A DNA stretch of 64,000 nucleotides from the human T2T-CHM13v2.0 reference genome, Homo sapiens (GCF_009914755.1 NC_060939.1); one strand, 5' to 3'. Shown: positions 25,701 through 39,834, counted from the first letter of the stretch. Program-made: numbers and translations. The notes: generated from the sequence alone by a model not told the origin.

Positions 25701-27239
25701 GATTTATCAAAATGTGTCTGTCTTTAGAGAGAGGCATATTTGGAACTGACAGATTTGTAGTTGGCAAAATCTAAGACCCACTGACATCACATTCAGTGCC
25801 TTTACTTCAATCCAGATGAATGTGAAGAGAGTTACAGGGCAGGAGGAGAAGGTGTGCTTCTCTGCACAGGGAGCTGCCTGAGGTCCCTGACTCCCGCTTC
25901 AAGGCAGACAGCTAAGAGACAGCCTGAGTTCTCCGGAGATCTTCCTCCTCCAAAACCCAACAATAAGAACTACAAATATCTACATTTAATCAATTAACAC
26001 AAACCAATTAAAATGTACTCTCAGCAACCAAGCAAGGGAGGAGACAAGAGTAATATAAATGTTTTTAAGGCACTGTGGTTTTGCAAAACATCCACAAGGC
26101 CATATTATTTAAAACACATTTTAAGGGGGTTTCTATATGGAACTGTAACAAAATATATTTTAAAGATTTGTACATTTTCTACAAGTTTAGGAATTACATT
26201 CCAACTAATCTATCATAATCTTAGCAATAAAATTCAAGAGTTTTATGCAAAACTCTTGTTAGCTTCCAATCCTGAAACCTCTGGAAGTTTATTCAGTCCA
26301 GAGAACTAAGATCATTTTCTACTGTTAAGCATTAGGGTAAGATTTTTGCTTCAGTTGATATCATTTTCTGGGTCTCATTCAATGCAAAAAGCACATGGCT
26401 CATCTTGCAATAATTGGTGCATCTCTGGACAGGACTTTTCCCTGGAGTGTCATTTATGTGCCTTTCAGAAGTACATTTGCACTAATGAGAGATTCCTCAT
26501 GAATCAGTAGGGCTACCAATGTTATTGGCAACACATTTAAGAAGAGATCATCCAAGCCAGCCTCTTATAATCACTGGAAAATGAGTCAAAGCAGAATGTA
26601 GTCTGTTTAATATATTGAACCAGACATTCAAGACTTCTGTCATTAAAAAGGCCTGTTACAATTTTTACTTAAACCCCATCCTTCCATGCAGACCCCTCGT
26701 GGAGGGTCTAGTGGGTTGCTGCAAAGCCAACAAGGACCCCCAATGACCACTGCTGGTCCTGGGGGTCAAAGGCTGATCATCCCATCCTTCAGCCACTGTC
26801 CCTCCATCAAGTAGCACAGCCAAAGTCTCTTGTCCCAGGATTATGTATAGAAAACAGTTCCCTCTAGCTAAAAAGAGAGAATTTATCAAAATATGTTATC
26901 AACAAAAGTGACCACAGAGCATTTCACAATCCAATATAAATGGTAAGCAGGAGAACTGAGTATCTCACAGGAAAGGTATTCTGCCGTCCGTGCTCTGCCT
27001 CTGGGGCATCCACTATGGACATGTGGTCTGCAACCCTGGGGATGAAGGCAGCAGACACATAGTGCCCTGACACTGTCCCCATCCTAAGCCATCACCTGAC
27101 GTCCTGGGGATGTGTACTCATTCACTTTTCCAAGAAGTGGGGTGGCCTTGGCCACATGTGCCACTCTACCACTCTTCCCTCTCCCATCTGGAGATGTTGT
27201 AAGCCTCTGGGCTATTTCAATTCAATCTGTTCAATTCTC

Positions 27240-27450
27240 CCTTATTTGTCAGTTCCTATGTGCCTGGCAATGTACTAGTCTTTTTATAAACATGGCCTCA
27301 CTGAATCCCCTTATAAGCTCAATAGAGTCAATAACACCGTTCCCATTTTGCAGGTGAAATCGAGCCTCGGAGAAGCTAACTAACTTGCCCACATTGGCTA
27401 TGGTTCACACTAGATCTCCCCATTGCTGAGCCCCAAGCTCTTCACTGCCA
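27240..27450 (-). mobile_element. MIR SINE
   Basis: CTATGTGCCTGGCAATGTACTAG..CCCATTTTGCAGGTGAAATCGAGCCTCGGAGAAGCTAACTAACTTGCCC. Confidence 0.72.
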
Positions 27451-28247
27451 TCTCCCAAGAGACAGAGTCTCACAGGGACATGCATGTGTTTCACACCTGT
27501 GAAAGGGCTCACACAGGTGAGTGCATGAGTTACAAGTCATTAAAGTTGATGAACGTGATCAATGACATTCTTAACTCTAAGTTCCTTTTATTAAACTCGT
27601 ACATGTTATTTTCTTTGACTGTCCCCCAAATTGCACACAAGACATGCCACAGGAAAGGCAGAAAAATTCCCAGTCTCCTACCTGGGGAGCTGGCAGTTAA
27701 GATCCCCAGCTCCAGTTTTGGCAGGATTATAGAGGGAGAGTTTGGGAAGTGCCTGTCGTGGATTTGGTGGGTTAAGGGTCCCTGCCTAACACTACGGCTA
27801 TGCTCAGTAACACTTGTCTGCCTGAGATGGTTTAAAACCATCAGCAGAGCCCCCTGGAGCTGGTCTTCCAGGAATTAGTATGCTATATTTGATTAAGATG
27901 CTTTCATTCCTAAAGAAGTAAAATGGAAATCATATACCAACCACCTCCACTCCCCCAACCCCCCCAAAAAACCCACAAATACACTGAAGCCTCACAGACT
28001 GTTGACCTGAACCTTTCCCAGGAATTTAGAGGAAACCATCCAATTGAGAGAGCCGCTGTTACCAATATGCTGTTTCTTGTATTTAATAACCTCGAGGAAG
28101 CTTCCCTGCTGCTGATAGGTGCCAGTTTCGTTTGTCAGTTGAAGTTAGCGACACTCAGAGCACGTAGCACTTTTACATAGAGGAGGGGCCAGAAGAGAGA
28201 AAACCCCAAAACATAATATTTTGTTATATAATTGAGCTAACAAATGC

Positions 28248-28249
<2 letters not shown>

Positions 28250-28296
<47 letters not shown>
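28250..28296. repeat. (CA)n microsatellite, about 23 units
   Basis: Perfect AC run. Confidence 0.98.
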
Positions 28297-28302
<6 letters not shown>

Positions 28303-29789
28303 CCTCACCAGGTTTTTCCTTCACAAGGTTTCAACTAAAACACAACTCAAGAATTGACACTCCATCAGCAAGTGCCAGGATGAACTGTCAAAGCAATGAA
28401 ATAAAACAGCAAAACCATCTTCCTACTTGAGCAGCACTGCCTTTCCATTACAGGAGCCCCTGTATGGAGCGCTGGGCTTCTTGAAACACAACTAAGCTTC
28501 AAAAGTGATACCCATTGCATTTCCCCAGCACAGACCTCATTCACAGGAGCACTTTCAGAGCATGAGCCGCGACAAGCTTCTCAGAAAACAGGCTCTGGAA
28601 AGAGGAGAAGGTGCCTGACTCGGAGGTCCAGCATGAGCTTGAGTTGTACCGTTGTTCTTGACACCACCTCCTTTTGGGTCAGCCCTGGCCTCGGGGTCAC
28701 TCTCCACATTTACCTAGGACCTTGTTTCACATATTTAGAAGTCTGAGTGTAAGAGACCCTGATGCACTTCCCTTTTAAGGATGCCAGAGCATGACATCAG
28801 TTCTGCTTCATATTCTTGACTGTTCCAGACAGCATGATCCAAGGCCTCACCAGGCTCCATCCACAGCAGCACTCACATCAGTGTGAGAGTGGACAAAAGA
28901 ATGAAACAAGATGCATATTCCCTCCCCTGAGCCTCACATCTGCAGAGCCAAAGTGTGGACTTCATTTAGCAGACAAGCCTGGAGTAGGGAGCTACAGAGC
29001 TGGACTGAAGGAGTCCAACTTCAGGCTGCGCAGGCCCCACACAGGCTAGGCGAGGCTGGGGCTTGCTTCCTTTTACATTGTCTAATCGTGTGTGGCTCCT
29101 GCCTTTCCTTTTTAAACTTGCTGGGCAATTGCTCAAAGTGGAGACTGAAAAGCAAAATCACTGAGAAGCCAAGGGACCAAGAAGTGCCTGGGGGACCATG
29201 AGACAGACTCTGACAGGAGAGGAAGCAGGCATAAGCACAGTGTAGACTGCAGGGTCAGCTTCCAACACCTCCATTCTGACTAGAGAGATACACACTGACT
29301 TCAAACCAGCTGAAACTCTGCTCTCGATTTGCATCCCTGGTGCTACTATTTTTAAGGAACACTGAGGAACGTTCCTGTAATAGAATCTGGTATCCTTTCA
29401 CCACTGGCGATTCTGAATTCCAGCTCTTAGGAAGTAAAGTGTATCCTGGGAGATACATGACCATCCTTTGCTGTCTACCCAATGCCAATCCCTTTCTTCT
29501 GCCTTCCCATCAGAATCTGGCTTGAGCGGTAGTGGTGGGTTACTGCGTCTAGCGTTGGGCAATGGATATAGACTACTGTAAGACAATGGTGACAGTACTG
29601 TTTCCTGCTTTCCCTGCCTCTATTGCAGTTAGTGCTAGTGCAATAAAACCTGAGCAGAAACCCAGTTCCAGCCAAAAAAACTTAAGCATAAACCTGCCCA
29701 GCAGATTTCCAGGAAGTATTTGCAATCCTAATAAAATAGTATCAGAAGCAGCTGGTACTGACCAGCTTTTCTTCCCTTGAACTAGGACA

Positions 29790-29976
29790 CAATGGCTAGT
29801 GCTTCAGCAGCCACCTTGTGGCCATGTGGTCCAGAGAATTAGAGGTCAGCCTAGATGGGTCAAGCCTTTACACCAAAGCCAGTAACCTTGAGACTCTTCC
29901 TTGTGAGTGAAAAGCAAGCCACACTCATTGGTCAGTTTTCTGTTACTCAAACCTGAACAGATTCCTAAATAATACA
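29790..29976 (+). mobile_element. Old MaLR LTR 3' part (MLT1K/L-like)
   Basis: GCAGCCACCTTG..GTTTTCTGTTACTC..ATTCCTAAATAATACA. Confidence 0.5.
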
Positions 29977-30451
29977 CAAACAAAAGCACTTTATTTATGC
30001 ACATCAGTGATTCAGTGATAACAGCTACAACAATTCATTTCCTGTGTATAACTATTTCTTAGTCCGTTAAAGACTTCCACAAAATGTATCTAATTAGACC
30101 CAGTAACATCTTGTTACCAGGTGAGTGTGTCTTCCCCACTTCAGAGATAAGAAAACACACTTGGAGAGGTGAAGGGGTAAGTGCAAGGCACTCACAGCCA
30201 GATCTTCTCCAGGGCTTCTATGGAACCACCTTCAGCCTGCAAGGTGGTGCAGATGGTGCAGTTCTTCAGGCAGCTGGAGAAGGGCAGCTTCGGGAGGCCA
30301 GAGGGGTCCCTCCACACAGCAGCCCGGCACACTCATAGTTCTACGGAGCTGGGTCTACTTACAGAGAAGGTGCAGGTGGGACAACAGGGATGCTAAGGTG
30401 GGCAAGGGCCTACCTGAAGAACCAGTGGAGCCTCACTGAAAATTTCACCAC

Positions 30452-30850
30452 TGTCATGAACAGAACTGTGTCCCTGAAAATTCCTATGTTGACGTCCTAG
30501 CCACCAACATGACTGCATTTGGAGATAGAGCATTTAAAGAGGTAATTAAGTATAAATGAGGTCATAATGGTGGGGCCCTAAACCAATAGGGTTTGTGTCC
30601 ATATAAGAAGAAAAAGAGACACCAGAGATCACTGGTTCTAGCTTCATGCATGCGTAGAAAAGAGGCCATGTGTGGGCACAACAAGAAGGCGGCTGTCTGC
30701 AAGCTGAGGAGAGAGCCCTCACCAGAAACTAGCCCTGCCAGCACCTTCATCTGGGATTTTCGGGCTCCAGAATTGTGAGGAAATCAATGACTACTGTTTA
30801 AGCCACCCAGTCTGTGGTATTTTGTATGGCAGTCCAAGCAGACTAAGGTA
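30452..30850 (+). mobile_element. ERVL-MaLR solo LTR, MLT1A/B-like
   Basis: TGTCATGAACAGAACTGTGTCCC..TTTAAAGAGGTAATTAAG..GTTTAAGCCACCCAGTCTGTGGTATTTTG. TSD ACCAC/GCCAC. Confidence 0.9.
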
Positions 30851-31454
30851 GCCACCTCAACTAATGCCAGTGGCCTCTATGTCTGCTGCTCCAAAGAGCC
30901 ATTTTAGTAATGGTTCTCTACTAACTGTTGGAGGCTAGGCACTACAAGGACTAGGCTGGCCCCTTCTGGAATTCTGTCCAAAAGTCAGTCTCTCCTAGCT
31001 CTGTGGTATCAGCCAGCTCAGGCCTCCATCCCCAGGAGGCTCTGAGCCCTAAAGGACACCCAGCAGGGCAACACAGGGTACTCTCTGATGAGAAAGTCCC
31101 CAGTCCATGAGGTGCAAAGCCAAGCCACTGCAGCCTGTATTGTGTGCCTGTGAAGGAGTGTGCCTTGCATTGAAAGTCTCAAAGCAGGGTCCAGGATCTC
31201 CTATGGAGCAGGAGGGGCTGCAGTGAGAACAAACATTATACACAGGTGAGGCATGCAGAGAAGGTGCACGGATTCAACCTCTGTCTCAGTCCCCACTTTC
31301 AAGGGCAATTTAAATCACATTTGGTGGAAAATATAATAATACTTCTAGCTAGGGAGAGACAGTGATGGCTGCATCTAGTAGAGCAGGAATGGAAAGAGGT
31401 AGACAGAGGGAGAGATGTTTAGGAAATGAATTATTGAGACCTTTTGGTTGATTT

Positions 31455-31745
31455 GATGTGTGTGTGTGGCATGGTGTGTATGTGCATGGTATGTGTGTAA
31501 GTGCGTGTGTGTGTGGTGTGTGTGATATGTATCCATACTTGCATGTGTGGGGGGGTATGATGTGGGCTGTGTCTGTGTGTGTGGTATGTGTGAGTGTGTG
31601 CTTTGTATGTATGTATGGTGTAGTGTCTGTAGATGTGTGTAGCGTGATGTGTATGTAAGTGCATGGGTATGTGTATGACATCTGTGGGGTGTGTGTGCGT
31701 ATGTGCATGTGAGTGTGCGTTTATGGGCATTTGGCATGTGTGGCT
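31455..31745. repeat. Degenerate (TG)-rich low-complexity tract
   Basis: About 290 bp of interrupted TG/GTAT repeats. Confidence 0.9.
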
Positions 31746-31769
31746 GGAAAAGGAGACAGTGAGAAGCCG

Positions 31770-32330
31770 CAGGAGTGAGCAGGATCTCCACCGCACTCCC
31801 GGGGCTCCGGGTGCTGGTTAAAGGGTAGTAGAGAGGTGCCTTCCTCTTGCCCTCACAACTGCCTCACCATCCTCACTCTGTAGGGAGGATACAGAGCACA
31901 ATGAGGTCTGCCATCCGCCCAGTGCCGCCAGCTGGCCAGGCCCTGCTGCGGGCAGTCCGCCTGGCCAGAACACCATGTTCCCTGGACTAGGGCAACCTGC
32001 TTTTTCCTATCAGCCTTTCAGAGCTGTACACAGAGCAACAGTGAGCATTCACTCACTCGCTCACTCTGCACAGCGGGAGGGGTCAGCTTCACTCTCGCTG
32101 GAGCCCACCCCTGAGGAGACCTGAGAGAGGACTGAGGCTGCGGGAGGATGCTGGTCACTGCTGCCTTGCTTCACCCAGCCTTCCCAGGGATGGGGCAGGT
32201 GGTGACCAGAGCAAGGCCTTCTGCACTGGTGGAAGCAGCAGGGGTTGAGGGAGCATTAACAAACAAGTGGGCTCTGCAAGTGGACCCCGGCTTCTGACAG
32301 TATCAGAGCCTCAACCCGCGCATCACATGG
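31770..32330 (-). promoter_or_regulatory. GC/CpG-enriched unique segment; candidate promoter or 5' exons
   Basis: Locally raised CpG content. Minus-strand donors GTGAGT (32056) and GTGAGG (31867), acceptor TCTGTATCCTCCCTACAG (31878), and a FOX-like TGTTTGTT near 32260. Inference only. Confidence 0.3.
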
Positions 32331-33689
32331 GCCTCATCTCCCAAACATGTCCTGGACCCACTGCCATACTAACCAGAACGCCCCAGCTGACCCTGTTCAG
32401 GGAGCCCAACCAGGGCTTCCACACTCCTCCACAGGCCCCCAGCTCACCACACAGACGTGCAGGAATCAGGCAGTTACGGCATCAACTGCCCTTCAGCTAC
32501 GCCTTCCAAGGGTGGCCACATTAGCCACCCTGAGGTAATTTGAATGTGAAAAGGACAGAATTTAAATTACTCTGCCTCATTTACAGTTGTCCTTGCTGGA
32601 GGAGAGAAGAAACAGCCTTGGGAGAAATTTCAGGTGATGGTTAATAGCAGCTTCCAAGAAAATGCACGCCCTGAAGCCATTTCATGGGCCAGTAAAAAGA
32701 GCCAAATCTCCCTTTTTGGTGCTTGAACGAATTCCAGAAGACCTGCCTCATGGAATGCCTATTTCTGGACCTCAAGAACCCACCTACTAATGGCTGCAAT
32801 GAAATGCATTCAAGAGACAGAACACTCCAACTATACCATAAAGTGTCCCTATCCCCTGCTCCCACTCCCTGCAGTCTCAAATAGTGTCACCCTTCAGAAT
32901 GTCCCCGAGTACATGGTATAACTGCCAAGTGTGAAGTTTCAATCCATCCACCATGTGAGGAGCTTTGCTAGTCCAAGCCACACACCCCAAGCTGAGTCTC
33001 CCCTTGGTCCTCAGGACCCTTGATCTTAACATGCAAGTGATAAACATCTTCTAAAATATAAGGGTTTAGCTGTCATTTCTAAGGGCACTAAGCTCCGCAC
33101 ACACACACAGGTATGAGGTCATGCCACATCATCTATTCTCCCTCAGGATGGATTCTCAAGGCCAGGCCCTTCCCTGGCCACTTTCGGAACCCAACCCAAA
33201 ACACAGAGAAGGTAGAAGCAAGACACCTGATGCGGCAGCTGTCAAACGCCGGGGAGCCCGGGAATTGCTGGTAGCATGTGCTCAATAGAGATCCTCCAGC
33301 CTCATGTTAATAGAGTTCCATTCAGCAGGTAATGGTCCAGGCCAAGCACGTGCAGGTATACGCATGCCCTCCCCATGCCAATGCCGTTGCTGATGCAGAT
33401 GCTGATACCTGGGTCCATGGATCAGGCACAGAGTGTTCCACTACCATCCAGCATTGTTAGGCTTCTGTACAGTAGAAACTCAATAAATTTTGGTTAAAAG
33501 ACTAGAAAAGGAAGTAATTATGTAAAGTGTCTTAGGTCACGATGATTTACTGCATGACACACCATATAGCTTTCTGACATGAAGAACTATTCTACTGCTC
33601 CAAGATTCAGCAAATGCCACATTCGTGTCTTACCCTCCCCATAAACACTGGGTCTGATAAATGTGTGGGGGAGGTCAGGGGTAAAGGAG

Positions 33690-33906
33690 GACATTCTTTG
33701 GTCAAATAAGTTTGAAGAATACTGGATTCCACTGAAATAAACAATTTCTATGTTGCAGGCCTTCTCAGAGCCTTTGACATGCTAATGGACATTGTGCATC
33801 TTTAAGAAAAAAATAGTACATAACATTCAAGCTTATTGAGTCAAAGAACCTTTATTTTGTAATGGAAGATATTTTAACATCATGAAACATAACTTGGGAA
33901 ACTTCC
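33690..33906. mobile_element. hAT-Charlie MITE (Charlie4-like)
   Basis: GGTCAAATAAGTTTG..TTCTCAGAGCCTTTGACATGCTAATGGACATTGTG..TTGGGAAAC. Confidence 0.6.
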
Positions 33907-34179
33907 AGTTTCAGCATTTCACAAAGCTTTCTAGTTTTCAAAATGTTTCTGTAAATATCAATCTCCTAGAATATCCAGGCCCAATTCCTGCCTCCGCAGT
34001 GACACCTGGACAACAGTCAGGAGGCTCTACTTACGTTCACCTGAGAATGCTTGAAAAGATTCCTTAACTGGGAATTATGGAAAACCACCAGAGGAATTAC
34101 TGTAATGCCTTAATTCTAAGACACATGATCAGCCTGATAAGAAATTGGCAAGAAAAAATAAAAAAAGAAACGGTGAGAG

Positions 34180-34563
34180 CATCAATCCATGTAGACTAGG
34201 TCACCATGGGGTAACAAATAGACCAGCCGAAACCCTAGTAGCTCATACCCACAACAGCTTATTTCTCACGCATGCTAATTATGCACTATAATCAGCCAAG
34301 GGCTGTGCTCCACAAACCCTCTTTCTGGGTTTCAGGCTGATGGAGCAGACCACCCAACCACTGGCATCGGCCATGCAAGGGTGCTCTAAAGGATCATGTG
34401 CCAACAACTTACTCCAGCTGGAAATTACACACAGCACTCCCATTCACAATTCACCAGGCAGAATCATCCCCTAGGCCTGCCCTGCCGCAAGAGGCCTAGG
34501 AGTCAGCCCAGCCGAGTGCCCTGAAGAACTGAGAATCCCACCAACAGCACTGATGATGACCAT
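34180..34563 (-). mobile_element. MaLR LTR, MLT1J-like
   Basis: CTAGG..GTAACAAATAGACC..TTATTTCTCACGCATGC..AACAGCACTGATGATGACCA. Confidence 0.65.
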
Positions 34564-34642
34564 GGAGGGCTATGCCTGCTGTAGCCCTGTTCATGTGACA
34601 CATCCTAATTCAGGGATACTAAGACATAAACAAGAGCCTTAA

Positions 34643-34977
<335 letters not shown>

Positions 34978-35544
34978 TAAAAATCATGCGTAAGTTCTAT
35001 TCATGTTTACTGGGCAGTTATTTTTTTGCATAGATATGAATCTATGCAATATGGGCCAAGTATCTATTCATTATACCACAGCTCTGAGTAAATACCCTGC
35101 CTTGCCATGGCTGGAATGAACTCCTAGGGCAGAGTCCTGAAGCTCCCACATTGTCCCTGCCATGTTCCCTGACTCTCAAATCCCAGGCTTGCTGCAAAGG
35201 AGACAACTGGGTTTCTTCAACATTGGTTCCCTGTCTCTGAACAGAGGCACACAGAACTCCCCAGCCCTTCTGCTGCTTCCAGGGCCTTCTAGGGTGCTGT
35301 ATCTAAATCTGCAATTGCACAAATCTATGCAATGTGGAAACTCCCCTCCAAACACCCCCTGCCAGGACGTTTGTGCTGCTGTAGCCATAGCAGCAATTAC
35401 ATACAGACCTCTGATTTTAGCAGAGAAAGCAACATGCCCAAGTGGACACTGAATCAGAGGGCTCCCAGCAGAATGACACTGCTGCAGAAACCAGAGCCAC
35501 TGTCAACTCCTCAGTCCCAAAGGTGAGTGACCATTCGCATCTGT

Positions 35545-35720
35545 TCTCCCATCTGATCATCACAGCCATCCCTCAAGGGTGGCTGGGGTGATGTACAATC
35601 ATTCTGACTTACAGATGAACAAACATCTACCCAGCAAGGAACGAGCTCAAGGTCACTTAGCTAATTTGTGTCTGAGTTCATTGAACATCCAGTGCTTCTG
35701 ACCTCTCTGCCACTGGCCTT
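35545..35720 (-). mobile_element. MIR SINE
   Basis: TGATCATCACAGCCATCCCT..TTACAGATGAACAAAC..CTCAAGGTCACTTAGCTAA. Confidence 0.6.
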
Positions 35721-36562
35721 CTGCCAAAGCCCGTGAGGGGCTGGAACTGTGTGAGTTCACTTTGCAAAGATCCTCTGGTCTATGGTTGGGTCCATTCCGG
35801 AAACAGGGCGCTAGGCTATGAAGTGGTGGCGGCAGGATGGAGCCAGGCTGGGGGGCCTCTCCCACCACGGGCCATCTTCCTACCCAAAGCATAGCATTGG
35901 AATCCCACGGGGGTTGTTTTGAAAGTTGTGTCGTGACACATAAATGTACGCATTCGGTAACAATAATGAATAGAAAACTTCTACAGAGATGAGGAACACT
36001 CTCTCACAAGGACATTTATTGGCAGCTCTCTCTCTTTGCCCATAGGACAGATGTTCTGGGAGAAAGGTCCCCACCATGTTCCCAGCCGGCACAGCAGGTG
36101 GTGACTTACACCATTCGCCATGCTCCTCCCTCAGCCAACAGTGACCGACCAGAGGAGGCACATGCCCCAGTTTGGGCCACTGATGCATGAGGAGATTCTG
36201 CTGGCCTCCAGGAAAAAAACCACTGAACGAGTGAAGCATTGCCTGCTCTGGGCACAGGTGAGGATGCTGCTTTGAGGGCTCCGGCCTCTTTCCAGCCCAT
36301 ATCAGAAGATGAAAAGCAGTGTGCCCTGGAATGCTTTTCATCCAATCACTCTGTGGTAACATCAAACCTTGGGTAGAGGGCCCACAGGTACACATGCAAT
36401 TCTAGCATGTCCTTCCTGGACTAAACAAAGGAGATATTTGATTCCTTCTTCACAAAACCAGAAAAGGGAGGAAAAAGCTGTCTAAAATACTAGTCAGTTT
36501 CTTCCCCTTAACAACGAATCCCACTATATTAAGAAAAATCACTTTAAAAATTAGAATCACAT

Positions 36563-36852
36563 GGCTGGGCACGGTGGCTCATGCCTGTAATCCCAGCACT
36601 TTGGGAGGCTGAGGCGGGCAGATCACGAGGTCAGGAGATTGAGACCATCCTGGCTAACACGGTGAAACCCCGTCTCTACTAAAAATACAAAAAAAAATAG
36701 CCTGGCACAGTGGCGGGCACCTGTAGTCCCAGCAACTCAGGAGGCTGAGGCAGGAGAATGGCGTGAACCTGGGAGGCAGAGCTTGCAGTGAGCTGAGATC
36801 GTGCACTCCAGCCTGGGTGACAGAGCGAGACTCCGTCTCAAAAAAAAAAAAA
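36563..36852 (+). mobile_element. AluY, full length with a small 3' internal deletion
   Basis: Y diagnostics ACCATCCTGGCTAACACGG, AATGGCGTGAACC and GAGCTTGCAG. TSD AAAAATTAGAATCACAT with an upstream TT/AAAA endonuclease site. Confidence 0.97.
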
Positions 36853-37982
36853 TTAGAATCACATGTTAAACATACACTGAGACATTTACTACTTAAAAGA
36901 ATCCTAGGGTAAATCCTTTGGCAAACAAATTATTAATGCCAGAATTTAATTTATGTATATTAGATTTATAACTGTGTTATGTTTTTCATATGCACTCATG
37001 CCTGCGTGTCCCATGGGAAGGGCGTTCTCAGCAAGGGCACTTGAGAGGGGATATGAACCGCAAGAAGGTGTCTGTCATGTGACGGTACATTAAGAAAGGC
37101 AAACTAATAAAGAAACCAAATAACCCCAAAACTTGCCTCAATTCACTTAATTCACAATTACAACAAAATTTCAGAATTACATGTTCAGAACCCAAATAAG
37201 CAGAAAATAATGAAGTGATGCAGCTCTTGGGCACGCCATCATGCTGAGGCTGTGAACTAGTTTCTGTCTATGAGCACCGTTTCCCTGGGTCCTCTGCTTG
37301 ATAGGTTTTAAAGGTCCAAATATTTCAACCGGGTGGCTCCCATTGCTGTCCATGCTTTTCATCCAATTTAAGTCAGTTATTCACATCCAGTTTCTCCTGT
37401 TTGTATTACACCACCCTAGATCATTTGCCCCCCCCCCATCACTCATGGCTTATCAGTGAGATCTTGCTGAAAGTCTAGAGAAGCATCCTGTGGTCAGGAC
37501 TGATTAAAAATAACTCCATTCTAAGGAAGGAGATGCCCTTCTGCAATCGAGAAATCAAACACCAGGAGATTAGGTGCCTTTTAGTGACATTTTTCTGTTT
37601 TGTTGTGCTCCATCCAGAAATTCAATATAATTTATGGACTAGAATGAATTCTATAGAATAAGTATCTCTCCTTTGGGTCTTTCCTTTGCTGATCTTTGAA
37701 AAACCCAAGGCTTTTGTTCTCCTGTGGGCTCCGAAAGTCAGGACATGTTGGCAATTTCTGAAAGCATGGATTGACTCTACATGGGAACCTAAGCTTCCTG
37801 GGTTTTTGGTAAGTCCTGCCCACAACTAAGGTGATGTCCTGTGTCACCTCTCAGGCCAAGGGCCAGCAGAGCCTGAAATCCAGCCACCACCCATGCCCTT
37901 GGCCTGGGCTGCAAAGGGGCAGCACCTTATTCATACCAACCTGCTGCCCACCTGCCTTTCTCCAAGTTGTACACAGAGGCAC

Positions 37983-38396
37983 TGCTGCAGCTTAATGGTA
38001 TGTGTCCTTCCAACATTCGTAGATAGAACTTAAGCCTCAAGGTGGTGGTATTAAAAGCTGAGGCCTCTGTGGGTGATTAAGTCATGAGGGCCTCCCACTC
38101 CTGAGTGGGATTCATGCCCTTACAAGAGAGCCGTCAGAGAGCTGCTCCCTCTTCCATCTCTTCTGCCATGTGAGGATGTCACGTTCATCCCGTTTGCCCT
38201 TCTATCTCCCCCCAACTGAGGAAACAGCAACAAGGCACCATCTATGGAGCAGAGAGCAAGGGTGCATCAGACAATGAATATGCCAGTGCCTTGAAACTGG
38301 ACTTCTCGGACTCCCAAACTGTGAGAAATACATTTCTATTATTTATAATTACCCAGTCTAAGTGATTTTATTATAGCAGTGAGGATGGACTAGGCA
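37983..38396 (+). mobile_element. ERVL-MaLR solo LTR, MSTD/MLT1A-like
   Basis: GTGATTAAGTCATGAGGGC..CAGCAACAAGGCACCATCT..ACTGTGAGAAATACATTTCTATTATTTATAATTACCCAGTCT..GGACTAGGCA. Confidence 0.85.
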
Positions 38397-38586
38397 GGTA
38401 CCACATATGCTAGCAACAGCCTTGATGCCAAACATTTTAACACAGTCCTTCCAAGTCTCTAACTGTATCTTTAAAAAATAAAAGGACAGGAACAAAGAGG
38501 TACAGAGAAAAGATGATGTTCATTGCATCTCTCTTTATAGGGAGAAAAAAATAGAAACCACTAACATTTTCAACAAAAGGGTATAA

Positions 38587-39510
38587 TGGTAGTCACAGGT
38601 GTTACTAACCAAGTGTGTCTGGCTTCCCTGCTTCCAGGTGAAGGGAGACAGCGGCCTCCCTGTCTTTGAGGGGTGAGACCATGGGCCTGGCTTTGACTGA
38701 TAAAGAGTGGGCAGAGAGGTGATGTGCCTCTTCCAGGTGGAAGCCTGAGAGCCACGGCCTGACCTCCCACACTCCTATCTCCATCAGCCACTGTGCAGTG
38801 GCTGCTCTTTGGACCTGCAGTGTGACAGCCCCTGCTGACTGGGGATGGACAACGGATGGTAGTAAGACATAAGCTTTTCTAAACCACGGAGATTCTGAAG
38901 CTGTTTATTACTGAAGCATTACAGAACTCATGGTGATTGATACAGAAATGAGCATCTGCTAGTGGTCTGCTGCTGTAAAAAATTTAAAAATAATTTATGT
39001 AGTCCTGGTATCATGGGATGGGTGGAGAGTTTGGTAAAACTACTTCCTACAAGCATCTTTCAGGGCAGGTCCTCTACTTGATGAGAATAAGTGGAGGACA
39101 AAAGGTCAGTCCTGTGGGACAGAGGGACACTGACGGCTGGGTTTGGCAAGGTGATACAAGAAAGAGATGAGCTCAGAAAAGAACTGGCCAGTTTGTAAGC
39201 AGAAATGAATGGAGTGGTCCATGCATGTAGAGATTTATCAGGCTGGAAGATGAAACAGCTTCTCTTCTCCAAATAATAAGAGATTAAGGATGGACTCTGA
39301 GCTAGAAAACCACATTTTAAAAGCAAGGAGCTAATGAAGGGCAGAACCCTTGAATTGCTGTTATAAATCACAAATGGAATAAAGGCCCAGTAATTTCTTT
39401 TTGTTGGATAAATGGCTTAGGGGGAAAAGTATAACCTAAAAACTAAGAATATGACACTTTTGGGGAAGCCTGATGAGCTCAAGAAGGCTGCAAATAAGTT
39501 GGGTGCTAGA
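38587..39510 (+). mobile_element. MLT1J-like LTR (to about 38944) plus the start of its internal region
   Basis: LTR ends TGATTGATACA. It is followed by GAAAT..AGTGGTCTGCTGCTGTAA and AGAAAAGAACTGGCCAGTTTGTAAGCAGAAATGAA, typical of MLT1-int. Confidence 0.65.
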
Positions 39511-39834
39511 GAGAGGAAAGTAAGCATGCTTTCTGCAACTCTTCTGTAAGTCTAAAATTATCTAAAAACCAAAAAGTAAAAAAATGTAGACCTGCATTTA
39601 TTAATGCACATGGATGTTTAGTAAATATTCAGAGAGAAAAGAATATGACTAGTGTGATCTATATATTTGTAGAGCTAAATAAATAAAATCTGGAAGGACA
39701 GATACCAGTATTGGTTGTTTGGGAATATGGAATTTTGAAATTCCAATGTATTTTATTTTGTCTATCTGTGTAGTCTGTTTTTTTCTAACGTAATCATATG
39801 TGTATAATTCAAAACCACTTCATTTTTATACAAA

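Noticed and set aside
28540-28720. Exon-like GC-balanced stretch on the minus strand
   Set aside because: No polypyrimidine acceptor and no recognisable peptide in any frame I examined.
31349-31796. His/Thr-rich and Cys/Val-rich ORFs
   Set aside because: Translations of the TG/CA low-complexity tract. The same applies to 55623-56080.
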